Shown here piece after piece: positions 23,089-37,085 of a DNA stretch of 64,000 nucleotides; within the stretch, counting starts at the first letter, position 1, and every line of letters begins with the position of its first letter. This DNA comes from Eledone cirrhosa (taxonomy: Eukaryota). The notes under the pieces were generated by a model that worked only from the letters and a program-made list of their open reading frames with translations, ran no database searches and was not told where the DNA came from. The stretch is from positions 110,918,001 to 110,982,000 of the forward strand of contig OZ024745.1 of the NCBI GenBank assembly GCA_964016885.1, written 5' to 3'. Both the position numbers and the translations under genes were made by a program.

Positions 23089-25941
23089 GATGCATCTGGC
23101 CGAGTTTTAGATAAATGGACCATTGCCACTCGGGAAGAGGAACATATAATATTACAACAGTTTCTCCGATTTGGAGAAACAAAGTCTATTGCTCAGGAAA
23201 TCATTCTTCAGGATACTAAAGAGAAACAAGAGCTTTATGTCAAGCAAACTTCTCGGGCTGAGTCTGAAATCAAGAAATTCATTGAGAGGAGTAACCTAAG
23301 TATGCAAAGCTACATGCGTCCTTACGAATCACGGCATCTGTTCTCAAACCGTATGCCATTCGTCTCCCACAGTAACCGCCTTGTAGCACCGACTGCAATA
23401 CAGTATACTGCCACTACACCCCCACGGGATTTACGCCCCACAAGTATACCTCCCGTTCCTGTACCTACATCGAGTCCTGTTACCTCGTCCCCATTAGGCC
23501 GTCTGCAAACCATGTTGCCCATTGATTTTCGAAGGGAACGCTTAAGTCCTGCTGTTAGTCCAGGACTATCAGAAAAACGTGCCTCTGTGCCACAACTACC
23601 ACAACAACCATCTCTGCCACCACCACAACTACCTTCCCATGGTGATGAAAGTCCTAAAAATCTGAGTACTACCCCAACACCAACACCAACAGCCACAACT
23701 CCTCCCCAGTTTCAGTCAATGAAACCGCCAGATATAATTGAAAATTCTAAACATGCACCATGCATAAATATGCCAAATATTAGCCCAGTCATTATCTCCC
23801 AAGAAGATCCACCAATGGATGCAATAAATTATTCTACCAAAGACTGTGAAGAATCAGCACTGTCTGTGTATGCAGATCGCAAAGTCAAACACCTCCGAAA
23901 GTCGGCTAATCCAATCAAACGTCAATGGACTCCTTCGGCATCATTTGGAAGTACACTGATTGCACCCAACGGCAAAAAGCGTGTTCTTTGCACAGCTTGC
24001 AATAAAACTTTCTGTGATAAAGGTGCTCTTAAAATTCATTACAGTGCAGTACATCTGAAAGAGATGCACAAATGTACAGTTGAAGGCTGCAGTATGATGT
24101 TCAGTTCTCGTCGCAGTCGTAATCGCCACAGTGCCAACCCTAACCCTAAGCTCCACATGCCTCAAAAACGCAAACTCCCAGAAGGAGCTACTTTAATAGC
24201 TGAGTCCAAACCCCCTTCGAGGCTCATTAATTCTCCTCCTACCATGGTCGTTACTTCATCTTATCTCTCGAGAGCAGTGATTCCTTCACTCGATTCAAAT
24301 GTCCTCAACAGGAGTGATCAGTCATGCTTTGTAGATGTGGGAAACAACCTTTCATATATGTCTTCTGGGAAAAAAATAAAAATGGAAAATAACGATGGAA
24401 GTAATGAAGCCATTGATATGACTGATGATGTGAAGTCGCTGGACGATACATTGAAACCAGATGTAAGCAGCACACAGCGTGGCTTCAACAGAAGGAAAAG
24501 CTTGATTCCTACCCGTTGTGCCCAGATGGAAGAAAATTACAGCATGAGTGATGAAAATTCAATCTCTGATGAAAAAGATGCTACTAAACACAACAAGAAA
24601 TGTTTAAATGATGCTGAGAAGGTAAATCCTACTTCAAATTCAGCTGTGGATGATGAACTGGATGACAAAATTGCAATAAAAAAAGAAATATCTGATGGAT
24701 GTTCTGTTCGGGAGATTTCTGAAAAATCTATGTCTGGCAAGGTTTATGACTCAGTCATTCTCTCCAGTCACAGCGGTGTCATTTGTGATACAAACTGTAA
24801 TCCCAAACAAGAAATTAGGAAAGAAGCTTGCCACTTTCCTAGAATTGCTTCCCTCTTAGCAAATAATAATACCAATAACAACAGCAACAACTCTTCAGAT
24901 CCTGTTGACCTCTCTCAAGATAACTGCGAACGAAGCCCTTCTAATTTGTCATCTCTAAACATGAGTCCTGGTTCAGATCATGATTCAAATGCCTCCCAAG
25001 CTTCCACTGACATTGAAGGCCACATGGCCATTCGTGCCAATGGCAGTCATTCTCCAGATTCTAACTCCAGCAGTACAGATATTCCAATAGATAAAGATAA
25101 TCCGCGGAAGTGTAATTTCTGTGGGAAGATTCTCCAAAATCATTTTGACCTCAAACATCATTATCAAAGTGTCCATTTTAAACTCATGCACAAGTGCACT
25201 ATTGATGGTTGCAATGCTGTATTTCCTTCAAAACGCAGCCGAGATCGACACAGTACCAACCTGAACTTACACCACAAACTGTTGTCCACATCTGATACGG
25301 ACCAGTTCCCAGATGATGAGGAAATTGAAGATGTGGATGAACTCGATGAAGATGACATTGATGATGTTGATGATGAGGAGGAGGACAACAGTGAAGAAAT
25401 GAGAGGTGGAAACAAAGAGAATAACCAAGTTAAAGATCATATCAACAAGAAATATGACTCCCGCATCTACAATGAGAACAGTAATCATGGTATTGGTGAT
25501 GAGGATAGTAACCCAAACACAGTTATTTGTAGTAAACGTAAAACAATTTCCTCAGTGGGAAGTCACTCCAATGATAGCTTCATTGGAAATAACAGCAGAG
25601 ACAGAGCTGAGGAGAACACCTTTTCTGCCCGTAATGGGGGTGATGAAAGTGGGGCCGAAGAAGAAGATGACGACGATGACGATGGGGGCGATCACCTGCA
25701 AGACGAGGACATCGATGATGAACTGAACAGTGCAGTCACTTGTCATGTATGCCAACAAAAATTCCGTGACAACCTTGCTCTCAAAGAACATTTTGAAACC
25801 CTTCATCCAAAAGAGATGTATTACTGTACAGTCTCTGGATGTGACAAGATTTTCTCGACCCGCAAGAGCCGAAATAGGCACACACAGAACCACAACCTAC
25901 ATCGTCATTTGTCGTCCATGAAAACCAATGGCTTATCCTGA
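23089..25941 (+). CDS. BNC2: Terminal coding exon of a basonuclin-2-like / disconnected-family C2H2 zinc-finger transcription factor (N-terminal exons not seen in window)
   Basis: The ORF opens just after a polypyrimidine/cag acceptor (tctttgttttcttttcag|GAT, phase 0). It starts DASGRVLDKWTIATREEEHIILQQFLRFGETKSI, the basonuclin N-terminal conserved block. Three paired fingers follow: CTACNKTFCDKGALKIHYSAVH..CTVEGCSMMFSSRRSRNRHSANPNPKLH (~23989-24156), CNFCGK..HYQSVH..CTIDGCNAVFPSKRSRDRH (~25111-25275), CHVCQQ..HFETLH..CTVSGCDKIFSTRKSRNRH (~25741-25905). Stop TGA at 25939-25941. The symbol is a family-level assignment. Confidence 0.93.
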   Translation, partial: DASGRVLDKWTIATREEEHIILQQFLRFGETKSIAQEIILQDTKEKQELYVKQTSRAESEIKKFIERSNLSMQSYMRPYESRHLFSNRMPFVSHSNRLVAPTAIQYTATTPPRDLRPTSIPPVPVPTSSPVTSSPLGRLQTMLPIDFRRERLSPAVSPGLSEKRASVPQLPQQPSLPPPQLPSHGDESPKNLSTTPTPTPTATTPPQFQSMKPPDIIENSKHAPCINMPNISPVIISQEDPPMDAINYSTKDCEESALSVYADRKVKHLRKSANPIKRQWTPSASFGSTLIAPNGKKRVLCTACNKTFCDKGALKIHYSAVHLKEMHKCTVEGCSMMFSSRRSRNRHSANPNPKLHMPQKRKLPEGATLIAESKPPSRLINSPPTMVVTSSYLSRAVIPSLDSNVLNRSDQSCFVDVGNNLSYMSSGKKIKMENNDGSNEAIDMTDDVKSLDDTLKPDVSSTQRGFNRRKSLIPTRCAQMEENYSMSDENSISDEKDATKHNKKCLNDAEKVNPTSNSAVDDELDDKIAIKKEISDGCSVREISEKSMSGKVYDSVILSSHSGVICDTNCNPKQEIRKEACHFPRIASLLANNNTNNNSNNSSDPVDLSQDNCERSPSNLSSLNMSPGSDHDSNASQASTDIEGHMAIRANGSHSPDSNSSSTDIPIDKDNPRKCNFCGKILQNHFDLKHHYQSVHFKLMHKCTIDGCNAVFPSKRSRDRHSTNLNLHHKLLSTSDTDQFPDDEEIEDVDELDEDDIDDVDDEEEDNSEEMRGGNKENNQVKDHINKKYDSRIYNENSNHGIGDEDSNPNTVICSKRKTISSVGSHSNDSFIGNNSRDRAEENTFSARNGGDESGAEEEDDDDDDGGDHLQDEDIDDELNSAVTCHVCQQKFRDNLALKEHFETLHPKEMYYCTVSGCDKIFSTRKSRNRHTQNHNLHRHLSSMKTNGLS

Positions 25942-26556
25942 CAGTTTGCCAAAGACCTAGTCCTTGAGAAGGAACCATGATACCTCACAGAAGAATGCAG
26001 TGTTTTCAGTTGTCCTAATTAACCATCTTTGACTACTTTCTACCGATTTATGATGAACTTGTTTTCATAAATCTATGCTATTGATGGTGGTCATAACCAT
26101 AGAATGTAGCAATTGTTGTCTTATTTATTTAGCCATGTCAACAGTATTTTTCAGAAGTACATGAATTTTTGGTTTAAGATTTTCAATAATATTAATTTAT
26201 TTTTTCCCCGAAACCCCCTCCTATAAATTTTTTTTTTTTAGTTTTGTCTTCCTATTTTCTTGAGTTGTATCACAGTTATGATTATTTTATTTATTTATTT
26301 ATCATTGTTTTGCTCAGGTATCAATAACTATATTATATTTGCCTTGTCTGCCAATAGAAATTTTTATTATATGCATATCATTATTTACACTATGGTTCAC
26401 TGAGGCTGAGTGAGATTAACAAAATGATTGCCATTTATAAAAAAATTTCAGTTTTAAATCATCTAGAATTTCATTATTTTCATTTATAAATTATAAATGA
26501 ATTGAGAAACAAATATTTAAAATGCTGACTGCTTAGAAAGGGTTTTCTCAGTAGTC

Positions 26557-26562
26557 AATAAA
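26557..26562 (+). promoter_or_regulatory. Candidate polyadenylation signal (alternatives at 26767 and 27366)
   Basis: AATAAA hexamers downstream of the stop codon. The background is very AT-rich, so this is weak. Confidence 0.25.
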
Positions 26563-28342
26563 ATTATTCCGTCCTAGCCCATATAAGGAGATTACTTCAA
26601 ACAGAAAGAAGTACCTCTGGTGAGGTCAGTAGTTTTTGTATTTACAATGCTTATTTACATCAACATGCAATTGTGTTTGTGTGTGTGTGTGTGTGTATGT
26701 GTATCTGCGTGTGCCTGTGTGTTTGTGTGTGCATGCACATGCATGTGTTTACATTGTTCTTACAAAAATAAAAGCTTCTAGTTAATTACAAAAGAAACAT
26801 TTACAAATATCTTTATCCTGTAATATTATATAACACCTGGATGTCCACTACATATTCTTTTGACTGATAACTGAGATTAATATTCATTATTCATTATTTA
26901 AATCAGAGAAAAACAGTTGATGAAACAGTTTTGCCCTTTGGATTTTAACAACTCACACAGCTGAATTTTAATATTTAAGACTTTGTAGAATGAAAGAATT
27001 GATAGTGTGTGTGTGTGTGTGTGGTGTATGTACATGTGCACACATGTGTGCATATTCATAATGAAATTTCTTTGTAGTTTCTGGAAAATATATAAGGCTC
27101 TAATATTTATAATTTGGAAATTATATAAAGGATTCATAAAGTTGAAAACTTGTCATAACCACAAAGAAAAGTGTTTAAAAGCAACAACCAGAAAATTTAG
27201 TTTTCTGATTAAAGCAGAATAATATTAATTTGACCATTTGCATATTTACTATACAAATCATGTCAGCTAAAATTCTGGTACAGCTTAAAACTCAGACTAA
27301 ACACTTTAAATCTCAATCAGTTACTCCCAAATTAACATTACTCCTGTTATTGTTACCTTTGCACCAATAAAAATATGTATGCCTAAAAGAATGATGACAA
27401 CATTTGGGATAGCTCTGCTAAGGCTTCTAATATTCCCAGTTTTATACAATTCTAAATATAAGATACATCTCGGTAAAGATTACCTAATGTTTCCTATCGA
27501 TTATGCCAGCAACATAAAACATTGACTACATTTCCATTATTCATTATTCACTTATCCTTTAAATTTCATTCCATTAAATTATTTGCTTCATAATTTTATA
27601 AGAATTTAAAACTTTAAATAAGAAAAAATAATCAAAATAAAATATTTAAGGATCAAATATCATTGTATATATTCATGCAATCAATCTTCAACAGAAAAAA
27701 ATTGTACAGTTTAGTTGGTGTTCAATTAAGATAAAACAAACAAGAAAGAAAAACAAATTGAAACAAAGAAGAATAACAATAATTTCTATTTCTTTCTTTG
27801 TTTTCTTGTTACATCTTCACTTCCTTATACTTTCTCTTCATTTAATAATATCATAATCATAATCATACATATGTTTCTCTTGAATTTTTAAGTTCTTGTT
27901 AAGTTTTGAAGATTGATTCAGCTAATTTATTCACTCATATGTTATCCATTTTATCATTAATTCTTCATCCATTTTTGTCATCTGGTATTTCTCCAAAGAA
28001 ATTATTAATATTTCTTTGAAGAAAAAAACCCTTCAGCTAGAAACTTGACATCCACTTCTCTGCCTAATATAGGCTTTTATCGGTGCTGAAAGTTTACTAA
28101 TATCAAATTCTAGTCATAATCTTAATTGTAATACTAATGAGGAAAACAATGATGACAGAAACATTTTAATATTTATTTTCAATCATAATATTTATTAAGC
28201 TAATCCAAATGTCTCTGAACCTAATCTAGTTTCAATGTACTTCTTTGTATACACAAGCCATATATATTGAGTGCTCATTCAGTTAATGTTTGAATGTTCT
28301 AAGTACAATGGTATTTTAAACACCCACTTCAGTGTATGTGTG

Positions 28343-28384
<42 letters not shown>

Positions 28385-28640
28385 AGGTGGTGGTACTGGT
28401 GCCATGAAAAAAGCACTTAGTTCCCCTTGTAAGGTGGTAGTAGTGGAGTCACAATAAAATGGTCCCAGCATATGCTGTAAAGTGGTTGGCATTAGGAAGG
28501 GCATGCAGTTGTAAAATTAAGCCAAAAGCAGAGCATATGAGCAAGATGTGGTCACTTGACCAGTCTAATGCCAGTACATGGCAACCTGTCTAAAACATGC
28601 AAGCATGGAAAATAGACATTAAATGAGAATGATGATGATA
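28385..28640 (+). mobile_element. SINE 3' half with (GAT)n tail
   Basis: ggtgccatgaaaaaagcac..gtaaagtggttggcattaggaagggcat..catgcaagcatggaaaatagacattaaatga..gatgatgat. It is the reverse complement of the 3' part of the 1084-1427 family. Confidence 0.75.
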
Positions 28641-30659
28641 TATATATATATATATTCATATATATGTTTGTGTATGAGTGTTTGTTTATTGTTAATGCTG
28701 TCTTAGAAGAAAACAAAATTTGGACAGTTGAAATGAAATAAACATCATATATAAAACTTTTACATAGAGTGTCTCTGGTTTTTTACTTTGGTCTTTCCTC
28801 ACCCCAAGTGGTTAAATCTTTTGCCTTTTACTTTTCGTAGAATAAAAAGAAATGGATGAAACAATATTCAAAACAGTAATTCTGAGGTATCTGAACTAAA
28901 TGAGATTTGTATTTGTTTATACTGAACAAATACACATGTGGACTTCTCTTTAGTTCCTTTAAAATCAGTTTTAAAAAAAGCTTATAATTTTAACAGAATA
29001 CTTTGTGTTACAATCTGTAACTGCAGGAAATTTATTATCTAATATGATTTGAAAGAAATAATTTTCATTCCTGTGCAGAAGTCTTCTTACTTTTGTTTAA
29101 TTTGAAATCAATATATATATATGTGTGTGTGTGTTATATGTATAGGATACTGAATCAAATAATTTTCAATGATAATGATAACAAGACCTTAATTTAGAGA
29201 CATAACATAATATATTAGTATCATATAATCAAATTCGTCTGTTACTTGATATTATTTTGTTTCTGTTATTAGAGTTGGGCTATGAAAAAGATTTGTTACT
29301 ATATCTAATTTCAACTATTTCATTCATTAGTCATTATTAGGGCTTGCTGCAATATCCCTCCTTTTTAAGGGTTCATATTATTTATATTTATTATTTTCTT
29401 AACCATCCTGTTCAGTGAAATTCAAATTTCTATGGGGTTTTTTTTTGTTTTGTTTTTTTTTTTTAGTGATCTCTAAGTCTTGAAGATTTTTATATATCGA
29501 ATCTTTGACAGTTTTTTTTTTTTTTTTTTTTTTTTACTGAAACCGTAACAGCCAGAATTCATAATATACCATCATAATTAGTGATATTTTTAATGCACTA
29601 TTCTTACCATTTAATCAAACAGCCGATTTAATTTAGGGTTTGTATTCATCACCCTAATATTCACAATCTTTGTTAAAATGACATACAAAGCTACAATCGC
29701 TTATAAAACGTAGTTTGATGCCTCAATTCCTCACATCATAATAAAGTCGTTGTTATTGAAGAAAAAAAAATCTTGTTCATTTTTATTATAATTTCCTCAT
29801 TTCACTTATTCAGATATTGAGGAAAATAAACTTAGATATTTGTTCTAGTAATTTACAATTTACATTATGGTTGCCTTTACTTTCTTGCCAAATCTAAATA
29901 AAATTTATAACCATAAACGATTCTTACAAAGCATTTAGTTGATGTGATACACTCTACAGTTTGCTAAAATAAATAATAAAAATCTAAAAAAAAAATAAAA
30001 ATAGAGACTGTCAAATTGAGCGCTTTCTTAGCTTGTTAGATCCAATAGAAGAATATTGGTTAACATTCAATATAACAAGCAACGTAAATTTAAAGAAAAA
30101 GTATTGCAACGAAAAAAATTGTAAAAGTTCAAGGGCCTTTTGAAAAAAATGTTTAGTTTGTTTTTCATAAAAAAAAATAAACAAACAGGTCTTCCTTTTT
30201 TTTTCTTATGAATGATAAAATCTATTGTTGTAGAAGTAAATCATCAATTGTGTACACACAAACACACACACATATACACATACACTTAATCACATACAAT
30301 GTATCCTCATACACATGAACCTTTTTTTTTATTTTACATCTTACCTGTTTTCAATATTAAATTGCAAAATAAAAATAAGCTATTGGCTTTAATTCAGTGG
30401 AATTTAAAGACGATAATTTTCAGTAATAATCAGTGCATTTTCAGTATTTGTTTTAAGTATTTGGAAGACAGAAATGCAAGTTTTTTTTATAAAGTATTAG
30501 TTACTTCTCAAATTGATTTCCAATAACTCTTTATTTAAAAAAAAAGAAATCTTTGTTTTATTTCTTTAGTGAGTTTATTTGGTCTCATTTCAAATTTTAT
30601 GTTTTTGTTGGCAGTTATTGTTATTTCCACATATGTTGTATTTCTACATTCATTTGCGG

Positions 30660-30696
<37 letters not shown>

Positions 30697-30786
30697 ATAT
30701 ATATATATACACACACACACATATATATATATGTTTATACACACACATATGTGTGTGTGTATGCACATATAATATAAGTATATTTG

Positions 30787-30822
<36 letters not shown>

Positions 30823-33299
30823 TTTCTATAGAAGAACTTAAGGCAGGTATTTTTTTAAAAATAATATTTATGTTTTCTTCCTTCAAATATTCTTTTGCAA
30901 AAGCAATCTCACTGATATTCTTTAAAGAAACTGCTAGATTTTTTAATGATCTCATTTCCTTATCTGTTCATCTTTTTAAAATGTATTAATATTTTAAAAA
31001 CTATATATTAATTTAAGTAAATATTGGAACTAAATTTAGTATTTTCCTGTTTATTTTTTTGTGTTAAAATAAAGATATGAAGCCACAAAACTAAAAAAAG
31101 GAATCAATCAACAAGTTCCCAGACCTCATTTGCTTACCAAGTGGGGTGGAACATGTGAAATCAGACCGAGGAAAGAATGTTTCTATTGGTCATCCCATTG
31201 CTGTTACTATATACCAGTCACAACTCCTGGCAGAAGGAGTAATGTGAAATAAAGTGTCTTGCTCAAGGACATAATGCATCGCTCAGTCACAATTGTGACT
31301 CCAATTCTCTAACTACTAAGCCACACCTACATAAACTAGACATTGAAAATGTTAGTAGCATTTACATAATCTTTTGTAATTTGGGTAAGAGACGTAATAT
31401 GCTCAAATTATTGACATAACAAAATTAATATTTGATTTTTATATTTACTGATAGTGAAATAATAATAAGGGCAAAACATTTAAAGGGATAATTGCTAAAA
31501 ACATTCATAAGGATTCTAATCATATTTGCTTATTAGAGCTACAACCTAAACACTTACTGGCTACACACACACACATACATTTACATGTGTTATTATTTGA
31601 ATATACCTTTGCTATCATTTGAAAGTAAATAGTTTCAAATGATAATAACAGTTGGGAAAGTAATAAAATAGTCTGACCTATTTGGTTAGACCTCTTTTAT
31701 ATTTTGTGTTCAAATTCCCATCTGGTTGAATTTTACCCTTCTTCCCCACCCTTTAGACTATCAAGTGGTAAGAAACTCTCAGGATAGCTGAACAGCAGAA
31801 AGTCTTCAGAGAAGAAACCCCTTCCCCTGCAAGCGAGTCTTTTGGCCCTTAACTTCTTACACTCTAAGGGGGCTGGACTGCATCCAGGTCATGCCTACTG
31901 GGTGTCCTTCTGCTGACATTAAGCCATTTGGATATTTGAGACATGTGTATTTAAACCATATGGAGATTTTGTTGACAGGACCTAACTGGAACTTACTTAG
32001 AATTACTTCTCTGAAGGTATGTTGTATTCTAACTGTATTATACCAAATTATATTACTAGTACATAAGTACCTGTAATATAATTTGGTAGAATACAATTAG
32101 CTGCAAAGTTAGAAACCAGTATCAATGATGGTTCATTGCTAAGAACCTTAACAGTTAATATAAAGAGCTATGTAACCTTTCTTTGTAAATCTGAAGCTTT
32201 GTGTCCATATAGTAAATTAGTATTAGTGGTTAATTATAATAACCAAAAAAAAAGTAAGTTTTTCTGGCTAATGAAAATTGAATGTTAGGTCTTATGATTA
32301 CTAAAATATTTGTCTACTTTAAAAAGAAACAACAGTGCATCTAAATTCTTTAAAATGTTCTCTACCAGAATTTTTTAATATATAAACAATTACAATCAAT
32401 TTTAGTTATCCCAAACTCTTACCAACTTTTTAATGCATTTCATTAAAAAGTTATTATCTATGGAATATAGACATTATCCTATAGTTTATAGCTGATAAAC
32501 ATTAAACCTTTTTTTCTGAAGTCTTGTTCAGAAACTTTTATAACAAGGCAATTACTATATTACAAAAAATAACACTTCTACCTGTCTCTCTTATTTCTTT
32601 GTTTTCTCTCTCGTTCTCTCCCTCGCTCTATCTTCCATTAATCTGTCTTATTTTCTTCTTAGTTTCAAATGAATGTTCGTGTTAAACCAGCAAAAACTTT
32701 TCAATTTGTTTGGATTATGCTGAAAGATGAACAATTATAAATGCTTTACAAACAATACGATATATATATGTGTTGGCATTTTAGAAAACTATTATTACCT
32801 TTAGTTTGCTTTATTTGCTATGATAGTTTTATTTATATATATATACACAATTTTTTCTTTAAATATAAGGCCAGATTCTAGCAAGCTTTTTTTAAAAAAA
32901 CATTTTGTGCAATCATTTTTATTATATATATGGTTATATTTAACAAAACAAAAAAATTCATGTACTTCTGATATTTTTAGAACTACTGTGTTCAAAATGC
33001 AGTTTTTTTCTTTCTTCCCTATATATCTGAATGCAATGTATATTGTTGGGATTTTTTCACTTTGTGAATTAAGTCATATCTATTTAATTTATTCTAATTT
33101 ATTTATTTAACTTGCCTTAGGTGAAAAGATCTCAACGCTTCATTTTTACAAAATCAGTTTGCATAATGTGATGTAACGTGATAAAGGCATGTATGTGAGT
33201 GTGTGTTTGATAGCAGTGTGAATTTTTGCTATGTATAATATGTTTGTAAAATTGGACAGTGTTATGCTCCCAATGCTAACGTACATTTTTGAGGTGATT

Positions 33300-33445
33300 T
33301 GACCACTAGCACTGCAATGTATTAGTTGACCACTAGTACTGTGTTAGTTGACAACCAGCACAAGGTGTTCACTGTCCCCTAGCAAGCAATGCGTTAGTTG
33401 TCCACTAACAAGTCAGTGTGTTAGTTGACTATCAGCACTGCAATA
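33300..33445. repeat. Degenerate minisatellite (unit ~ gttagttgaccactagcactgcaat)
   Basis: About 5-6 imperfect copies containing gttgaccactag / gttgtccactaa / gttgactatcag. Confidence 0.7.
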
Positions 33446-34956
33446 TGATAATTGCTTTTATAAATAAACTGAACTGCTAATCAACTAAAAGAATTGTAAA
33501 ATAATTTTGTTTTACATGAATTTTCTAAATTAAATTTTAAAAAAATCATGGAAGTAAAAATCAAATGAAACAAGTTCCTTATGCTTATGTTATGACTAAC
33601 CTTAGCAAAAAAAAACTAAAACTTTACTTTGATGCAAAAAATGTGACATTTTTTTATAACAAATTTTTGTATGGATTTTCATGATAATTTTTTTTAAATG
33701 TTTAAAAAGAATTAAAATATCTTCAAGATATTTTAAAGGGTCAAAATCGAAACAAAAACAAAACAAATCAAAACGAAAATGGAAAGTAGTTGGAAGCAAA
33801 GGACAAAAAAAAAAAAAAAATAGCCTCTTAAACTTTCTCTTTATTCCTAATCACATATGCAGTGTCTAGAGAAAAGTTAAAATACCTCACCTTTTGTCTG
33901 TTAGGAAATGTGAGCATATTGGTACACAGTTGTTGACACAATCATATGACAAATATGATGTCATAGCTTTAATTCTGTGTTGTTGCTGAGTTTTGTCTGT
34001 AGAGGCACAAACAAGCCTTTTACAAATTGCAGGCAAACTTGTAGTTGACCAAAAACAATATATATATATATATATATGTATATATATTTATATATATATA
34101 CATAATTATTTACCTATTTCATGTCACATATTTTTTTTATTTGCATTTGTTGTGTTTGTTTGTTTTGTATTTTTTTTCATTTTCAATATGTTTATTACTA
34201 TTACTATTATTATTATTATAATTATTATTATTATTGCACTTAAGTTTCTCTTTGAAAATAATATTTCAAACAACATAATTGTTTTTTTTTTATTTATTCT
34301 AATTTTCATAATTATTATTTTTTTTTTCTTGTTTTTGTTGTGTATAGATTTAGAGGACATTGAGTGTGCTGTCGTTAAAAAAAGTTTATCTGATTTCAAA
34401 AGTGCACAATAATCATAAAGATATAATTAATTGTATTTTTAGAAACCTTTTTTTTAAACATTATTTCTGTTATTACCAAAGTTTTGTTGATTTAAAAAAA
34501 AAAATTCTGATTCTGTTTAAGTTTTTTTTTTTTTTTTTTTTTTTCTTATAGTAGGAATATGTGCACTGAAACATCAGATGTATAAACAATGTAAAAAGTT
34601 TTCATAGCTTTCATTAGTAGGCTCCATGCTAAAATATAAGGAACCATTAACAAATTTTATGCATTTTTATATATGGGTTTGTTAATCCATTTTAATAATG
34701 TTATGCATGTTAATTATAAACTTCAGGTGATTTTTTTTTTTTTTAACAGATGGCTAAACAAAGAAAATGAACAAAAATAATTAAAAAAAACATTTTTAAC
34801 ACAAAAAAGTAAAACATTTTTTTTAATCAACTAGAAGAAAGATATTTGCTTTCCAGGTGGTAGTAGGGGCCAGTTACAGATGCATTTCCATAGTTTGTTT
34901 GAAAATTATTTGATGACAAAATTAATTCTGGGTTGCAGGAAGATTTTTTCTTTCTT

Positions 34957-34957
<1 letters not shown>

Positions 34958-35026
<69 letters not shown>

Positions 35027-35334
35027 GTATACGTATATATGTATATATATATATATATGTATACGTATATATGTGTATGTATATATATATATATGTATAC
35101 GTATATATGTGTATATATATATATGTATACGTATATATGTGTATATATATATGTATGTATATATATGTATATGTATATATGTGTGTATATATATATACGT
35201 ATATATGTATATATATATATATATATATATACGTATATATGTATATATGTATATATATATACGTATATATGTATATATATATACGTATATATGTATATAT
35301 ATATATATATATACGTATATATGTATATATATAC

Positions 35335-35374
<40 letters not shown>

Positions 35375-35395
35375 GTATATATGTATATATATGCG

Positions 35396-35426
<31 letters not shown>

Positions 35427-35505
35427 CGTATATATGTATATATATACGTATAATATATATATATATATATATATATACGTATATATGTATATATATATAT
35501 ACGTA

Positions 35506-35554
<49 letters not shown>

Positions 35555-35783
35555 GTATATATATATATACGTATATATGTGTATATATATATATATATAC
35601 GTATATATGTATATATATATATATATATACGTATATATGTATATATATATATATATATATATACGTATATATGTGTATATATATATATATATATATACGT
35701 ATATATGTATATATATATACGTATATATGTATATATATATACATATATACGTATATATGTATATATATATACATATATACGTA

Positions 35784-35828
<45 letters not shown>

Positions 35829-35859
35829 ATATATATATATATATATACATATATACGTA

Positions 35860-35893
<34 letters not shown>

Positions 35894-36034
35894 CGTATAT
35901 ATGTATATATATATATATATATACGTATATATGTATATATATATATATATACGTATATATGTATATATATATATATATATACGTATATATGTATATATAT
36001 ATACGTATATATGTATATATATATACATATATAC

Positions 36035-36076
<42 letters not shown>

Positions 36077-36077
36077 G

Positions 36078-36111
<34 letters not shown>

Positions 36112-36147
36112 TATGTATATATGTATATATATATATATATATACGTA

Positions 36148-36194
<47 letters not shown>

Positions 36195-36200
36195 GTATAT
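34958..36200. repeat. 1.2-kb (TA)n array punctuated by CGTATATATG units
   Basis: Directly visible. Confidence 0.95.
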
Positions 36201-36629
36201 TTTCTTTAATGGCAAGCAAGTGATCTTGCTTATATTCAGTCCTCCTAACATTTAGGGTGTGATATTTGAGTATGCTAGCCTGGTTTTGCTGCATGCTGTG
36301 TGTACAATTACCTTGTATATTTTATGTATGGTCACTGCTTTACAAGCAATTTCACATGACTTGCTACTTTGCACACCATACCAACCAGGAGACACAAACA
36401 CACACACACGCACACATACAGATGCAACCAAAGACACACATACATGCTCATCATGGATTGGGAAACCAAGTTCTTTTAGAAACATATTAAACTATTATAT
36501 AAAACACACTTTTAATATTGTCCTGTTATTTATTTTTTTTTAATTCTGTTAAGTTCCATTTGTGTTTGAACAGTAATAGAGAAGAAACTTCATATAATTG
36601 TTTATTTTTTCTTCTAATAAAAATAAGAT

Positions 36630-36725
36630 ATATATATGTATATATATATAGAGAGAGAGAACTAGAGAAACTGAAAACGATATCTCGTATATCTATATAT
36701 ACATATAGACATGCATGTGTATGTA

Positions 36726-36775
<50 letters not shown>

Positions 36776-36914
36776 CATATATATATATATATGTGTATAT
36801 ACACACACGTGTGTGTGTGTATGTATATACGTATATATATATATATATATATATGTATACATATATATATATGTCTACATATATATATATATGTATACAT
36901 ATATATATATATGT

Positions 36915-36987
<73 letters not shown>

Positions 36988-37032
36988 TGTATACATATAT
37001 ATATGTATGTATACATATATATATATGTCTAC

Positions 37033-37081
<49 letters not shown>

Positions 37082-37085
37082 TGTA
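36630..37085. repeat. Compound (TA)n microsatellite
   Basis: Directly visible. Confidence 0.9.

Noticed and set aside
23322-25978. Antisense and alternate-frame ORFs over the zinc-finger exon
   Set aside because: Shadow ORFs of a real coding exon, with no recognisable domains.
33300-33445. CRISPR-like repeat spacing
   Set aside because: Eukaryotic context, degenerate repeats, irregular short spacers and no cas genes.
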